A stretch of 32,323 nucleotides of DNA from Thermodesulfobacteriota bacterium. Lineage in GTDB: Bacteria > Desulfobacterota > BSN033 > UBA1163. Within the stretch, counting starts at the first letter, position 1. Each line of letters opens with the position of its first letter. The stretch covers positions 1-32,323 of the forward strand of contig DATIGG010000192.1 of NCBI GenBank assembly GCA_035454825.1, read 5' to 3'. The translations under genes and the position numbers were made by a program. Positions 1 through 8,660 of the stretch are shown piece after piece. The notes beneath the pieces were generated by a model. That model was not told where the DNA came from, did not search any database, and saw only the letters and a list, made by a program, of their open reading frames with translations.

Positions 1-2
1 AT

Positions 3-581
3 ATCCCTTTAAAGTGGGAGATTTTTAAAAAGCTCGATGAAGTGACGCGACAGGAGGTGATCCTTGCCAGTAATACCTCTTCGATCTCCATTACCCGGAT
101 TGCCTCAGCCACGAAGAGGCCGGACCGCGTCATCGGGATGCATTTTTTCAATCCTGCACCTGTGATGAAATTGCTCGAGATCGTCCGGGGGCTCGTTACA
201 TCAGACGAGACCTTCCGGCTCGCCAAAGACCTGAGCTTAAAGCTCGGGAAGACGCCTCTCGAGGCGAATGATTTTCCCGGCTTTGTCTCGAGCCGCCTCC
301 TCTTCAACTTTATGAACGAGGGTGTCTTCGCCCTCTACGAAGGCCTGGGAAAGGCAGAGGATATCGATGCCATCATGAAAATGGGAGCGAACCATCCCAT
401 GGGTCCCCTGGAACTGGCAGATTTTGTGGGTCTGGACACGGTCCTTTCCGTCATGAGTGTCCTTCAGGAGGCATTCGGAGATAAATACCGGCCCTGTCCG
501 CTCCTGGTCAAGTATGTGGAGGCTGGATACTTGGGAAGGAAGACAGGAAGAGGTTTCTATTCCTATGGAGAAAGACGATGA
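3..581 (+). CDS. hbd: 3-hydroxybutyryl-CoA / 3-hydroxyacyl-CoA dehydrogenase, 5'-truncated by the window edge
   Basis: The frame is open from nt 3 ([14 protein letters not shown]...), so the listed start at 42 (GTG) is internal. Family hallmarks are present: [54 protein letters not shown]. The stop overlaps the next start (ATGA at 578-581). Confidence 0.9.
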   Translation: MPLKWEIFKKLDEVTRQEVILASNTSSISITRIASATKRPDRVIGMHFFNPAPVMKLLEIVRGLVTSDETFRLAKDLSLKLGKTPLEANDFPGFVSSRLLFNFMNEGVFALYEGLGKAEDIDAIMKMGANHPMGPLELADFVGLDTVLSVMSVLQEAFGDKYRPCPLLVKYVEAGYLGRKTGRGFYSYGERR

Positions 582-1735
582 TTGGATTTGATCTGACAGC
601 AGAACAGAAAGTCCTTCAGGAGAAGGCAAGGAAATTCGCGAACGAGGTGATTCTTCCTGTAGCCGCTAAATATGACCGGGAGGGGACTTTTCCCCTCGAA
701 GTCATGGAAAAGGCTCATCAGGAAGGGTTCTTCACCCCTCTCGTCCCCAAGGAATATGGAGGCCAGGGCTTAGGAGTTCTGGACAACTGCATCATCTCCG
801 AGGAGTTGGCAGCAGGCTGCATGGGGATGTATGTTTCGATCTTTGTCAGTACCCTGGCCCTTTATCCTATCATCAAGTATGGGACGAAAGATCAGAAAGA
901 ACGGTTTCTCAAGCCTTTCTGCTCGAAATTCAGCATCGCCTCTTACTGCCTGAGTGAAGTTACGGTAGGGTCTGACCCTGCGTCGATGAGAACGACCGCT
1001 GCCCTTGATGGCGATCATTACGTCCTCAATGGGACGAAGATGTGGATCACCAATGGAGGGTATGCCGATTTCTACCTCGTTTTTGCAACAGCCGATTCCC
1101 AGAAGAAGCATCACGGAATCATCAGCCTCATTGTGCCATCCAGCCTGGAAGGAGTGAGTCACGGAGAGCCCATCGATAAGATGGGCCAGAGGGCTTCGAA
1201 CACGACGGCTGTGATTTTTAAGAATGTGAGAGTCCCCAGAGAGAACCTCTTGGCCGGGGAAGGGGAGGGTTTCAGAAAGGCGATGGTGGCCCTTGACATC
1301 ACCCGGCCTATGATTGCCATAGGAGCGGTGGGCATTGCGCGGGCAGCCATGCAACTGGCCACCCGTTACGCCATGAAACGGGTCCAGTTTGGAGTCCCGA
1401 TTGCCCGGCATCAGGCCATTCAGTTTATGCTGGCCGATATGGCAAAGGACATTGAGGCGGCAAGGCTCCTTGTCCATAAGGCGGCATGGTTGGCCGATCA
1501 GGGAAGGCGGAATTCAAAAGAAGCGGCGATTGCCAAGGCCTTTGCTGGGGATATGGCCATGCGGGTGACCACGGATGCTGTTCAAATCTACGGGGGGATG
1601 GGATATACCAGGTGGCATCCTGTGGAGAAGCTGATGAGAGACGCGAAGGTCATTCAAATCTATGAAGGATCGGCGCAGGTCATGAGAATGATCATCGCCC
1701 GACATCTGCTCCAGGAAATGGAAAGAATGGTTTAG
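578..1735 (+). CDS. acyl-CoA dehydrogenase (short-chain / butyryl-CoA dehydrogenase-like)
   Basis: 385 aa. It has the typical ACAD layout, including [15 protein letters not shown] and the C-terminal catalytic-base segment [20 protein letters not shown]. It is translationally coupled to hbd. Confidence 0.9.
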   Translation: MIGFDLTAEQKVLQEKARKFANEVILPVAAKYDREGTFPLEVMEKAHQEGFFTPLVPKEYGGQGLGVLDNCIISEELAAGCMGMYVSIFVSTLALYPIIKYGTKDQKERFLKPFCSKFSIASYCLSEVTVGSDPASMRTTAALDGDHYVLNGTKMWITNGGYADFYLVFATADSQKKHHGIISLIVPSSLEGVSHGEPIDKMGQRASNTTAVIFKNVRVPRENLLAGEGEGFRKAMVALDITRPMIAIGAVGIARAAMQLATRYAMKRVQFGVPIARHQAIQFMLADMAKDIEAARLLVHKAAWLADQGRRNSKEAAIAKAFAGDMAMRVTTDAVQIYGGMGYTRWHPVEKLMRDAKVIQIYEGSAQVMRMIIARHLLQEMERMV

Positions 1736-1876
1736 TTTATTTCCGCACGGAGAGTCCATGGCCTGTTTGTGTTTCGGTCAGGAGAGAGGAAATTTACTTC
1801 TAACTATTGGAAATAACATAAGTCTTATGAATTGATTTTGGCAAAATTCATGTTATCATTATTTTAAATAACTTTT

Positions 1877-2863
1877 TTGAAGAGTGAAAACATTAAACCT
1901 TTCAGAAACATTTTGATTAGGCTCTCGCTGGTTGCGATTGGAGCTGCCTTTTCTCTCCTTCTAAGCCTCATTCCTTCCATTGCCGAAAACCATCAGTTCC
2001 CGGGTGAATACGGAGAAGTTATCCACCGATCCAATGAAAAAAGCCCAAATCAGCTTTTTATTATTGGAATGAGCCACAGAGATTCTCTAACCCGTCTTAA
2101 CGGAAACAGAACTTCACGGGTGCAGGCGGAAGTTTATAAAATCGGCGACTGGCTCGTCCATGATCAGGGATTACAACTTCTTCTGCCGGAAGGCTTCTTC
2201 TCGAAGACACCTGCCAGATTGCAGGAAAAGAAGGTCAAAACCAAAGCGGAGAACGGAAGCAAATGCGGCACCGACCTGTCAGACATGAGAGCAATCGAAG
2301 AGAGACTCTCTGACAACAATATTTTTGTCAATGCTGAGATGCTGTTGAACGAAAGACATCACATGCGGATCAGACAGATAGAGGACGAGAAGTCCTATGA
2401 GGCTGCTCGAAGCAGTGTCCAGAAGCTGGTCAATTGCGGGAACAATTCAAGGGATTATCTGGCCGTGAAATCAGAACTGAACTACCTGCAGGAAAAAAGG
2501 ACAGCAGCCATGCTCCAGCGGATACCCGGGGTGATCGATGAAGAGTTCCGGCAGGGAACGATCATAGCGAGAAAAGCCCTTTTCACAATCGGCATGTCTC
2601 ATCTCCATAAAATCATCGAGTACTTAAACAAGGGTCGAATAAAAATTTTTTCTCCATTAATAGCTTCGAATGAGAGCGAAGATTACATTGCCGACGTGAA
2701 CTTGCTCAAAGAAGATTTTGGTATCTCCATTGTCATTCCAAGAATGTTAGCGAATGATCAGAAAATTCTCGAAATGAACAAACTGGATAAAATCATATCG
2801 CGGTCGAGAAATATGTCTACGATGATGGATTTAGCCCTTCAACCTAATCTAACCAGCAATTAA
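1877..2863 (+). CDS. hypothetical secreted or membrane-anchored protein with two G-M-S-H motifs (possibly Tiki/TraB/GumN/ChaN-like)
   Basis: 328-aa ORF in a visibly AT-rich stretch. There is an N-terminal hydrophobic segment (LIRLSLVAIGAAFSLLLSLIPSIA). FIIGMSHRD lies near the N-terminus and FTIGMSHLHKI near the C-terminus. The only available start is TTG and I see no clear Shine-Dalgarno, so the start is uncertain. Confidence 0.5.
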   Translation: MKSENIKPFRNILIRLSLVAIGAAFSLLLSLIPSIAENHQFPGEYGEVIHRSNEKSPNQLFIIGMSHRDSLTRLNGNRTSRVQAEVYKIGDWLVHDQGLQLLLPEGFFSKTPARLQEKKVKTKAENGSKCGTDLSDMRAIEERLSDNNIFVNAEMLLNERHHMRIRQIEDEKSYEAARSSVQKLVNCGNNSRDYLAVKSELNYLQEKRTAAMLQRIPGVIDEEFRQGTIIARKALFTIGMSHLHKIIEYLNKGRIKIFSPLIASNESEDYIADVNLLKEDFGISIVIPRMLANDQKILEMNKLDKIISRSRNMSTMMDLALQPNLTSN

Positions 2864-2952
2864 ACTCTTTTTGACTATTTGAATTTCTTAATAAGATCAC
2901 TCTTGATCAAATTGCAAATAATCAAAAACAAGAGAAAATGATTCGCCATTCG

Positions 2953-2971
2953 TCCTGAGCTTGTCGAAGGA
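2953..2971. repeat. REP-like intergenic motif (tcctgagcttgtcgaagga)
   Basis: This 19-mer is the exact reverse complement of 8461-8479. It is embedded in a local imperfect hairpin (cattcgtcc ... ggatgaatg). Confidence 0.7.
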
Positions 2972-3011
2972 TGAATGGCTCTCTTAGGCATGCTTGTTAA
3001 ACGAAGGTCCA

Positions 3012-3046
3012 CAAAAAAGCGAGAGGGCGGAATTTAACCCTCTCGC
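3012..3046 (-). terminator. Rho-independent terminator downstream of prs (bidirectional shape)
   Basis: Perfect 9-bp stem gcgagaggg (3019-3027) / ccctctcgc (3038-3046) with a 10-nt loop. On the minus strand it is followed by a U-tract (plus-strand aaaaaa at 3013-3018). It lies 35 nt past the prs stop. Confidence 0.75.
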
Positions 3047-3080
3047 TTTCAATTTCCTGGAGATAGTTGCCCCTATCCTA

Positions 3081-3959
3081 TCAAGACGGTTGGAGGGCAT
3101 GATGAATGAGCGGTCCGATATCGAGGATGCGAATTTTGGGGGTACGGGTTTGTGGCAATGTGTTGGTGATGAAGATCTCTTCGATAGGCAGCTCGAGGAG
3201 GCGCTTTTTGGCTTCGTCAGAGAAGATTCCATGGGTAGCAGCCAGCCGGATGGTCTTTGCCCCTTGTTGAAGAAGAAGTTTTACCGCTTGAACGAGTGTT
3301 CTCCCCGTGTCGATGATGTCATCGACGAGAACCACGTCTTTTCCATGGACATCCCCGTGAAGAAGTTTGGCAATGGCAACGTTTGGTCGCGGCCGCACCT
3401 TGTCGATCACACCTACAACAGGATGGGTGTTGAGAAGCCCTGCAAGCTGCTTGGCCCTTGAGAGATAGCCTGCATCCGGTGAGATAATCACGTCCGGCGG
3501 ACGCCTTGAAAGGGCTTTCGCAAAAAGGGGCAGGGCAGAGAGCTCCCTTACCGAGGGGTCAAACGTTTTCCGAATCAAGTCGCTATGGACATCGATCAAG
3601 ATGAACTGCAAAGGTCTTATCTTCTGGAGCAACTCGATGACCATGATCCCGATGCTTCCCTGACCAGGCCGGCAGGGCCGGTCTTGCCGGGCATAGCCAA
3701 GATAGGGAACGACAAAGACCGTTTCCTGTGCGCCATTCTCGCGCACCAGATGATGAAGGGCCATCAGATCAAAAAGGGATTTCGGATCGGGAAGAATAGA
3801 TCCGACGATACCAATCGATTTCCCTTCCACGTCGTCCCGCAGTCGATATCCATGCTCTCCGTCTGCAAAGTCATAAGTCTCGATACGGCCCAGATCGAAG
3901 CCGAGGACCTTAAAGGACCTTCTCAGGTGTTGGGCTGAGGGAGTGAGAAATAGTTTCAT
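3081..3959 (-). CDS. prs: ribose-phosphate pyrophosphokinase (PRPP synthetase) family
   Basis: 292 aa. Motifs: VPYLGYARQDR, the LIDVHSD segment and the PRPP loop VVLVDDIIDTGRTL. Confidence 0.85.
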   Translation of the reverse strand: MKLFLTPSAQHLRRSFKVLGFDLGRIETYDFADGEHGYRLRDDVEGKSIGIVGSILPDPKSLFDLMALHHLVRENGAQETVFVVPYLGYARQDRPCRPGQGSIGIMVIELLQKIRPLQFILIDVHSDLIRKTFDPSVRELSALPLFAKALSRRPPDVIISPDAGYLSRAKQLAGLLNTHPVVGVIDKVRPRPNVAIAKLLHGDVHGKDVVLVDDIIDTGRTLVQAVKLLLQQGAKTIRLAATHGIFSDEAKKRLLELPIEEIFITNTLPQTRTPKIRILDIGPLIHHALQPS

Positions 3960-4008
3960 TCAGACCTTCCAGAAAAATACCTCAAAGACCAGTCACTACT
4001 GAAGGTCC

Positions 4009-4197
4009 CTATTCTTCTATGATGATGGCCTCCACCGGACAGGAATCGGCTGCTTCCTTACAGCTATCCTGAATTGCTTCAGGAACCTCTTCCATTTTAG
4101 TCACAGCCAGATCTCCGGACATCTCAAAGATTTCAGGACAGACGTCCACACAGGTTCCATCCCCCACACATAGTTCTTCGTCAACTCGCACTTTCAT
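4009..4197 (-). CDS. small single-cluster ferredoxin with a C-x2-D-x2-C ... CP cluster motif
   Basis: 62 aa: MKVRVDEELCVGDGTCVDVCPEIFEM...CKEAADSCPVEAIIIEE. The layout matches the Pyrococcus/Thermotoga-type monocluster ferredoxins, with Asp at the second ligand position. The SD is GAGGAGGAAAAG upstream of the ATG. Confidence 0.85.
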   Translation of the reverse strand: MKVRVDEELCVGDGTCVDVCPEIFEMSGDLAVTKMEEVPEAIQDSCKEAADSCPVEAIIIEE

Positions 4198-4321
4198 CTT
4201 TTCCTCCTCTCGACTCTATTGAGCTGTATTAGTCACTCACACTTATTATAAAGCCTAAACAACTTCAAAGAAAGAACGAAGAAAAATGGAGGGGAATTCC
4301 CTCAGTTACACCGATGTGTTC

Positions 4322-5593
4322 CTATTTTCCTTTCGTGTGGATTTTGACGTAGGTGGAACTGGCTTTGGGCATCACAGCCACAAGAGGGGGGGTGACATAC
4401 TTCGCACTTATTCTTTCGAAGGCCTCCCGGAATGTTTTGACCGGCAGGGTCATCAGGGTTCGGCTTAATTCTTCCTCGACGGATGAATAAAGGTGAACCT
4501 TCGCTTTTATTAATGAGCGACACCAGAGAAAGGCCTTATGGTCGCCCATCCTAAAGGTTTCGTTTCTAAAATGTTCGATAACCTCCTGGGGGCTCCTGTT
4601 TTTTGCCATCATCCGGTAAAAGGCTTCATCTCCGTGGCCATCCGGACACTCCGCAAAAAAGAAGATATCGCCACCTTGCCGGACGAGGGGAGTGACATGG
4701 GCTAAGGCCTTTTGAGCCTGGTAGATATTGATATCTTTGGGATATCCTCCAGGAGAGGCAAGGACCACATCATATTCTTTCGAAGATTTTGTTTCATAGA
4801 TCGTTCTGCAGAATTCGCTTCCGATTCGTTCGACCTCTATGGGATCTCCACAAAAAATCTTGACGATCCCATTCGTCTCGTTCAGAACCGCATTGACTAC
4901 CCAATGAACGCCTATCATCCTTCCGATCTCTTCAATATCCTGACGCACCGGATTATTCCGAATTTCTCCGACCACAGCTTGAGGTTGAAAGAGCATGGAA
5001 TGGTTGGCTTCGATCGTCTGCAATCCAGCCAGACCGATGGCTGCCCCCTTAACCCCACCTGTATAGCCCACAAACTGGTGGGGATCAATCAGGCCGATGA
5101 CGATACGAAGGTCAGCCTGGTGAAAAATAGGATTTACAAAGACAGGGGTTCCCCGGACGGTATTTCCCAAAAATTTCAGGTCCCTCAGTTTGGCATCGTG
5201 AGCAACGACTGAATATTTTCTTAAAATTTCAGGGGACAGGAGATTTGGAAAACGCGACGCTGCCATTGGGGGATGAAGGCCCGAGGCAATCAGGATCCAA
5301 ATGGCAGAGGGGGCGATTCCTATTCTGTCAAGCTGTTCAAAGATGGGAGGGAGGATCAGGTGATAAGGGATCAGTCTTGTTTCATCACTGATGGCAATGG
5401 AAGCGGATTGGACTCCGGAAAAATTGTCGAGGGACCTGTCTCCGAGAGGATTCTGGAGGCTTTGAAGGATTTCTCTCTGGGGATCCTCTGTCAAAAGAAC
5501 AGAGCTGGGCCGGAAGTAATCCGGCTCCCAGCCCAGGGGAAGATCAAAGGATATCTTCCCTTTTCCATAAGGAAGTTCGAGATGAGTTGTCAC
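4322..5593 (-). CDS. LarA-family (nickel-pincer-nucleotide dependent) 2-hydroxyacid racemase/epimerase
   Basis: 423 aa. ISDETRLIP, IASGLHPPM, DPHQFVGYTGGVKGAAIGLAG..TIEANHS and GGYPKDINIYQAQKAL match the positions of the LarA catalytic His residues, the cofactor-tethering Lys and the Ni-ligand His. GTG start 2 nt after the comA stop. Confidence 0.8.
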   Translation of the reverse strand: MTTHLELPYGKGKISFDLPLGWEPDYFRPSSVLLTEDPQREILQSLQNPLGDRSLDNFSGVQSASIAISDETRLIPYHLILPPIFEQLDRIGIAPSAIWILIASGLHPPMAASRFPNLLSPEILRKYSVVAHDAKLRDLKFLGNTVRGTPVFVNPIFHQADLRIVIGLIDPHQFVGYTGGVKGAAIGLAGLQTIEANHSMLFQPQAVVGEIRNNPVRQDIEEIGRMIGVHWVVNAVLNETNGIVKIFCGDPIEVERIGSEFCRTIYETKSSKEYDVVLASPGGYPKDINIYQAQKALAHVTPLVRQGGDIFFFAECPDGHGDEAFYRMMAKNRSPQEVIEHFRNETFRMGDHKAFLWCRSLIKAKVHLYSSVEEELSRTLMTLPVKTFREAFERISAKYVTPPLVAVMPKASSTYVKIHTKGK

Positions 5594-5595
5594 TC

Positions 5596-6411
5596 TTATT
5601 TTTTATATTTGGGATTGGCCGAAAAGGCCTGTTTCAACGTGTCGCCACGGAGACCGTTACGCAAAGCCTCAAGGGCCAGGATGTCTTCAGGAGGAACGTT
5701 TCCCAGATTCACATTCACGCCAAAGCGCTGAATGAGAAACTGTTGCTGATTTTTAATGGGGGCTTCCCACTCAAGCTTGGTGATGTCATCGACACCACTG
5801 ATAATGGCCTCCACCTCATCAAGCTTAGGTTTTCCATCTTTGTCGTAGATACCCACACCTTTGCCGGCCTCCCGGGCCTCAACGATGACCTTGTAGGAGC
5901 CGTTGGCCAAGTCTGCAGCAATCTCCTCGTGCATCTTGGTGGCAGCAACCTTTTCATCGGGGTCTTTCTTCCCAACCTCTGAAACCACCATGAATCCCAT
6001 GTCCACAGCTCGCCTGATGCAATCGGCCCGGGTCTTCAGATCGATCTCAATCGTTCCGTCTGAAAATTCGATGGCATTGAATCCCAATTCCTTGCACCGC
6101 TTGAGATATTTAGCATAGGTCCCCTGCCAAACAGAGACCTCCAAAAACGTTCCCCCCGGACAGAGCCAGATATCGTAGTCCTGAACCAATTCCACTTTCT
6201 CGGCGAGATAGTCGAGGTCGAGGAAGGCGCTGGTCCCGAAGGTCAGTTTGATGAAATCGATCACATCCCCGGCAGAATCAAGCAGGTCCTGGGTCGCATG
6301 CAGACCCAGACCCTTGTCAATGATCATGGTGATCCCTTCCTTCCGTGGCTTGGTTGACCGCCCGGGGACGGGCATTTCAAAGACTCCGTCAAATGCTTTT
6401 ACACGACTCAT
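5596..6411 (-). CDS. comA: (2R)-phospho-3-sulfolactate synthase (ComA) family protein
   Basis: 271 aa. KPRKEGITMIIDKGLG, DFIKLTFGTSA, CPGGTFLE, GFNAIEFSDGTIEI, VVSEVGKKDPD, EAREAGKGVGIYD, EAPIKNQQQ and LRGDT follow the ComA TIM-barrel pattern. The start lies 1 nt after the upstream stop. Confidence 0.85.
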   Translation of the reverse strand: MSRVKAFDGVFEMPVPGRSTKPRKEGITMIIDKGLGLHATQDLLDSAGDVIDFIKLTFGTSAFLDLDYLAEKVELVQDYDIWLCPGGTFLEVSVWQGTYAKYLKRCKELGFNAIEFSDGTIEIDLKTRADCIRRAVDMGFMVVSEVGKKDPDEKVAATKMHEEIAADLANGSYKVIVEAREAGKGVGIYDKDGKPKLDEVEAIISGVDDITKLEWEAPIKNQQQFLIQRFGVNVNLGNVPPEDILALEALRNGLRGDTLKQAFSANPKYKK

Positions 6412-6412
6412 G

Positions 6413-7387
6413 TCAGATTCCCTCCATGCAGTTTTTTGCGCCGGCCAAGACAGACTTAACCGGATTTAAGGCAACTTTTTCAACAAAATGGGTCATTGTC
6501 TGGAGACGTCGCTTCATCAACTCAGGTGTATCGAGACCTTCGATCGGGATCACATCATAGAGAATCACGGGAGAAGCAAATTTTTCCGTTGCATTATCAA
6601 AGAGAAGTTTTACGATCTTCTCTTTCCGGGTGATCGTTTTGACCACCGGGGTGTCGCGGCCCGATTCAATCTTGGCATCCACAATGGTCACCCGGGGATT
6701 GAGGTATCTGGGCTTCGCAGCGATGTGGCTCATGTCGATGGCGATTTTGTGGCTCCAGATATCGGATACACTCGGAATCTCAACCTTCAGTTTCTTATTC
6801 GCATCTGGGAAATCATAAATCAATGTTCCCAGTCGGATGTTATCATAGAGGGAGCCCATATAGAACTCGTATCCCTGCTGTGTGAACCGGAAGTGGGTCA
6901 TTTCCGTGCTGAAGATCTGCCAGTCGTCTTCAAGTCCCTTGAGAAGAAAGACTGTTTTTCCGGCACCCGCTCCTCCAACGACCAGGAGGAGGGTATTTCG
7001 TGAAGGGCTGAACATCGAGCTAGCATGAAAACTGTAAACCTGATGATGGCGCTCCAGCGTGACCAGAAGATATTTGAAGAAAAGCCCCAGGTTTCCGAAG
7101 AGCGAATAACGATTGTCGGAGCACTCCTTTTCGTAGCGGGTGAAATCCCCGGCTGCAAAGAGGACTTTCTCTGTGACTTTAACCTGCGGCTCAACGCTGG
7201 GATCGTCAATGGCAATGAAATAGGCATCGAGATCTTCGTGATACGGGATGGGTTCGATGGAGTGAATGTCGGTGAGCAGAGACTCCAAGATCTGTCCTTC
7301 GAAATACCGGGGCTCTGTGATCAGTTTTTCATTATTTGAAACGATGCCCATTCGGGCTTGGGCAATTCTTACAGCTCGTCTATGCAT
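6413..7387 (-). CDS. P-loop protein resembling HPr-kinase/PEPCK-fold kinases (HprK-related kinase-like); function unknown
   Basis: 324 aa. FHASSMFSPSRNTLLLVVGGAGAGKTVFLLKGL resembles the (L)HA(S/A)..-G.sG.GK(S/T) core of HprK-related kinases. It is the first gene of a tightly packed three-gene unit with comA and the larA-like gene. Confidence 0.55.
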   Translation of the reverse strand: MHRRAVRIAQARMGIVSNNEKLITEPRYFEGQILESLLTDIHSIEPIPYHEDLDAYFIAIDDPSVEPQVKVTEKVLFAAGDFTRYEKECSDNRYSLFGNLGLFFKYLLVTLERHHQVYSFHASSMFSPSRNTLLLVVGGAGAGKTVFLLKGLEDDWQIFSTEMTHFRFTQQGYEFYMGSLYDNIRLGTLIYDFPDANKKLKVEIPSVSDIWSHKIAIDMSHIAAKPRYLNPRVTIVDAKIESGRDTPVVKTITRKEKIVKLLFDNATEKFASPVILYDVIPIEGLDTPELMKRRLQTMTHFVEKVALNPVKSVLAGAKNCMEGI

Positions 7388-7443
7388 AGGACCGTAATCC
7401 CCTCCGTTTGGACGAAAAAAGGTAACCCCTCAGTCTTGGGACT

Positions 7444-7605
7444 GGAACAGGGTAGTCTCCCCTCCGAAGCCTTGAAAAGCGGGTCATTACAGATAGGTTA
7501 ACCGAGGGATTTTGCTGAAAGGACCTTTTTAAGGCCATCTACCCCATGGCTCATCGCTCAAAAATGTGCCGCTTCAAGTCTTCTCCGGAGAGACCACCCT
7601 GTTCC
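7444..7605. repeat. long imperfect palindrome in the leader of the kinase-comA-larA operon
   Basis: ggaacagggtagtctc (7444-7459) pairs with gagaccaccctgttcc (7590-7605): 15 Watson-Crick pairs and one G-U out of 16 in the minus-strand RNA. Further inner complementary blocks follow (gaagacttg/caaggcttc, aagcgg/ccgctt). Confidence 0.6.
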
Positions 7606-7651
7606 CGCGGATGAATCTCCGACCGTCTGAGGGAATACAAAAAAAAGTTTT

Positions 7652-8320
7652 TCAACCCGACTCAATATTCTTCAATGCCGACTCTCTGACATTTCGAATG
7701 TGCTCCCTCATCAGAGACTCCGCCATTGAAGGGTCTTTTTTTTCCATGGCTTCAATGATATTAAAATGTTCGACCAAAGACTGTTCAGGTCTCCCTTCAT
7801 GGGTAACCGTTTGGAGGCGAAGCATCTGGACATGGTCGTTGAGGGTATTCATGAGATTGATGAGCAGGTTATTTTTACTTGTCTTGATGACAAAGTTGTG
7901 AAATTCGAGGTCAGCGTGGGTGTACTCCTTTGATCGGTCCCTGATATTCGATTCGGAAAAATCTCTAAAAAGGGACCTCATCTGCTCGATCGCCTGCTTG
8001 CTGACATTGTCTGCGGCCAGTCTTGCCGCAAACCCTTCAAGGGCTTCCCTGACCATCATGATTTCGGTTATTTTTTCTCTGGAGTGCTTAACAACAAAGG
8101 CGCCCCGTCTGGGGATGATCTTGACAATGCCTTCATTCTCCAGGCGACATAGTGTCTCCCGAATCGGAGTCCGGCTGACTCCCAACTGTTTGGCGACGGC
8201 CTCTTCATCGATCTTTTCGCCGGGAAGGATCTCTTGAAAGATGATCGACTTCTTGAGGATTTCGTAAACCCTGTTTCGAAGGTTCGGTGATTCAATCAAT
8301 TTTTCGATTCCGAGTTCCAT
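7652..8320 (-). CDS. GntR-family transcriptional regulator (FadR/FCD-type C-terminal domain)
   Basis: 222 aa. Winged-HTH segment VAKQLGVSRTPIRETLCRLENEGIVKIIPRRGAFV followed by an all-helical FCD-like domain. Confidence 0.9.
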   Translation of the reverse strand: MELGIEKLIESPNLRNRVYEILKKSIIFQEILPGEKIDEEAVAKQLGVSRTPIRETLCRLENEGIVKIIPRRGAFVVKHSREKITEIMMVREALEGFAARLAADNVSKQAIEQMRSLFRDFSESNIRDRSKEYTHADLEFHNFVIKTSKNNLLINLMNTLNDHVQMLRLQTVTHEGRPEQSLVEHFNIIEAMEKKDPSMAESLMREHIRNVRESALKNIESG

Positions 8321-8325
8321 AATTT

Positions 8326-8351
8326 TGTATAATGTATGCCATATTACAAAA
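8326..8351. promoter_or_regulatory. candidate GntR operator (TGTATAATGTAT-N3-ATATTACAAAA) at the gntR1 / tauE divergent region
   Basis: The 12-mer TGTATAATGTAT is identical to 9481-9492 upstream of the second GntR gene. The arms TTGTA/TACAA are inverted. It starts 6 nt from the gntR1 start codon. Confidence 0.4.
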
Positions 8352-8438
8352 TCCGGTTCAATGATTTTAGGAAAAATTTGTTGACAAAACTTTTTGATGA
8401 GTTATTACGGTCTCAAAATTGGCATTGACATAGTCGTT

Positions 8439-8557
8439 GGAAAATCTCCCCTCGCCCCTCTCCTTCGACAAGCTCAGGATGGTGAGCCTCGTCGAACCCT
8501 TTGTCAAATCCCGCGGAACGCGGGACTCTCTTTGGCAAAGGGAGGCGAGGAGGGATT
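8439..8557. repeat. composite REP-like hairpin element
   Basis: The outer imperfect inverted arms are aaaatctcccctcgcccctc and gaggcgaggagggatttt. The inner hairpins are ttcgac...gtcgaa and tcccgcg-gaa-cgcggga. It contains the 19-mer shared with 2953-2971. Confidence 0.6.
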
Positions 8558-8660
8558 TTGCCAATCAATGCCTTCATTATTATGAGATTGTTAATATTTC
8601 AAAAAAGATAAAATCGATACAGGACATGTGGGTGGTAGTAGTGAAGAAGGGCGAGATTTG

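Noticed and set aside
770-1477. 235-aa minus-strand ORF (plus 1159-1362 and 1514-1759) inside the acyl-CoA dehydrogenase gene
   Set aside because: It is antisense to a gene with strong family motifs. It has no recognisable motifs and an Arg/Gly/His-rich shadow composition typical of the reverse strand of a coding region.
2994-3938. Plus-strand ORFs 2994-3461 and 3585-3938 opposite prs
   Set aside because: These are shadow ORFs. The minus-strand frame carries the full PRPP synthetase motif set.
4712-5982. Plus-strand ORFs 4712-5212, 5273-5731, 5587-5982 and 5903-6118 opposite the LarA-like and ComA genes
   Set aside because: They are antisense to well-supported genes. No motifs or plausible starts.
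6488-7339. Plus-strand ORFs 6488-7003, 6630-6818 and 7025-7339, and minus-strand ORF 6898-7227, within the P-loop protein gene
   Set aside because: These are overlapping alternative frames without motifs. The 324-aa minus frame has the Walker-A-containing kinase-like core and tight coupling to comA.
7388-7651. Possible known riboswitch (cobalamin, Moco or similar) in the operon leader
   Set aside because: I could not find the defining conserved boxes, for example the B12 box. The structure is a long near-perfect rod like the other palindromic repeats here. It is kept only as an unclassified structured leader or MITE.
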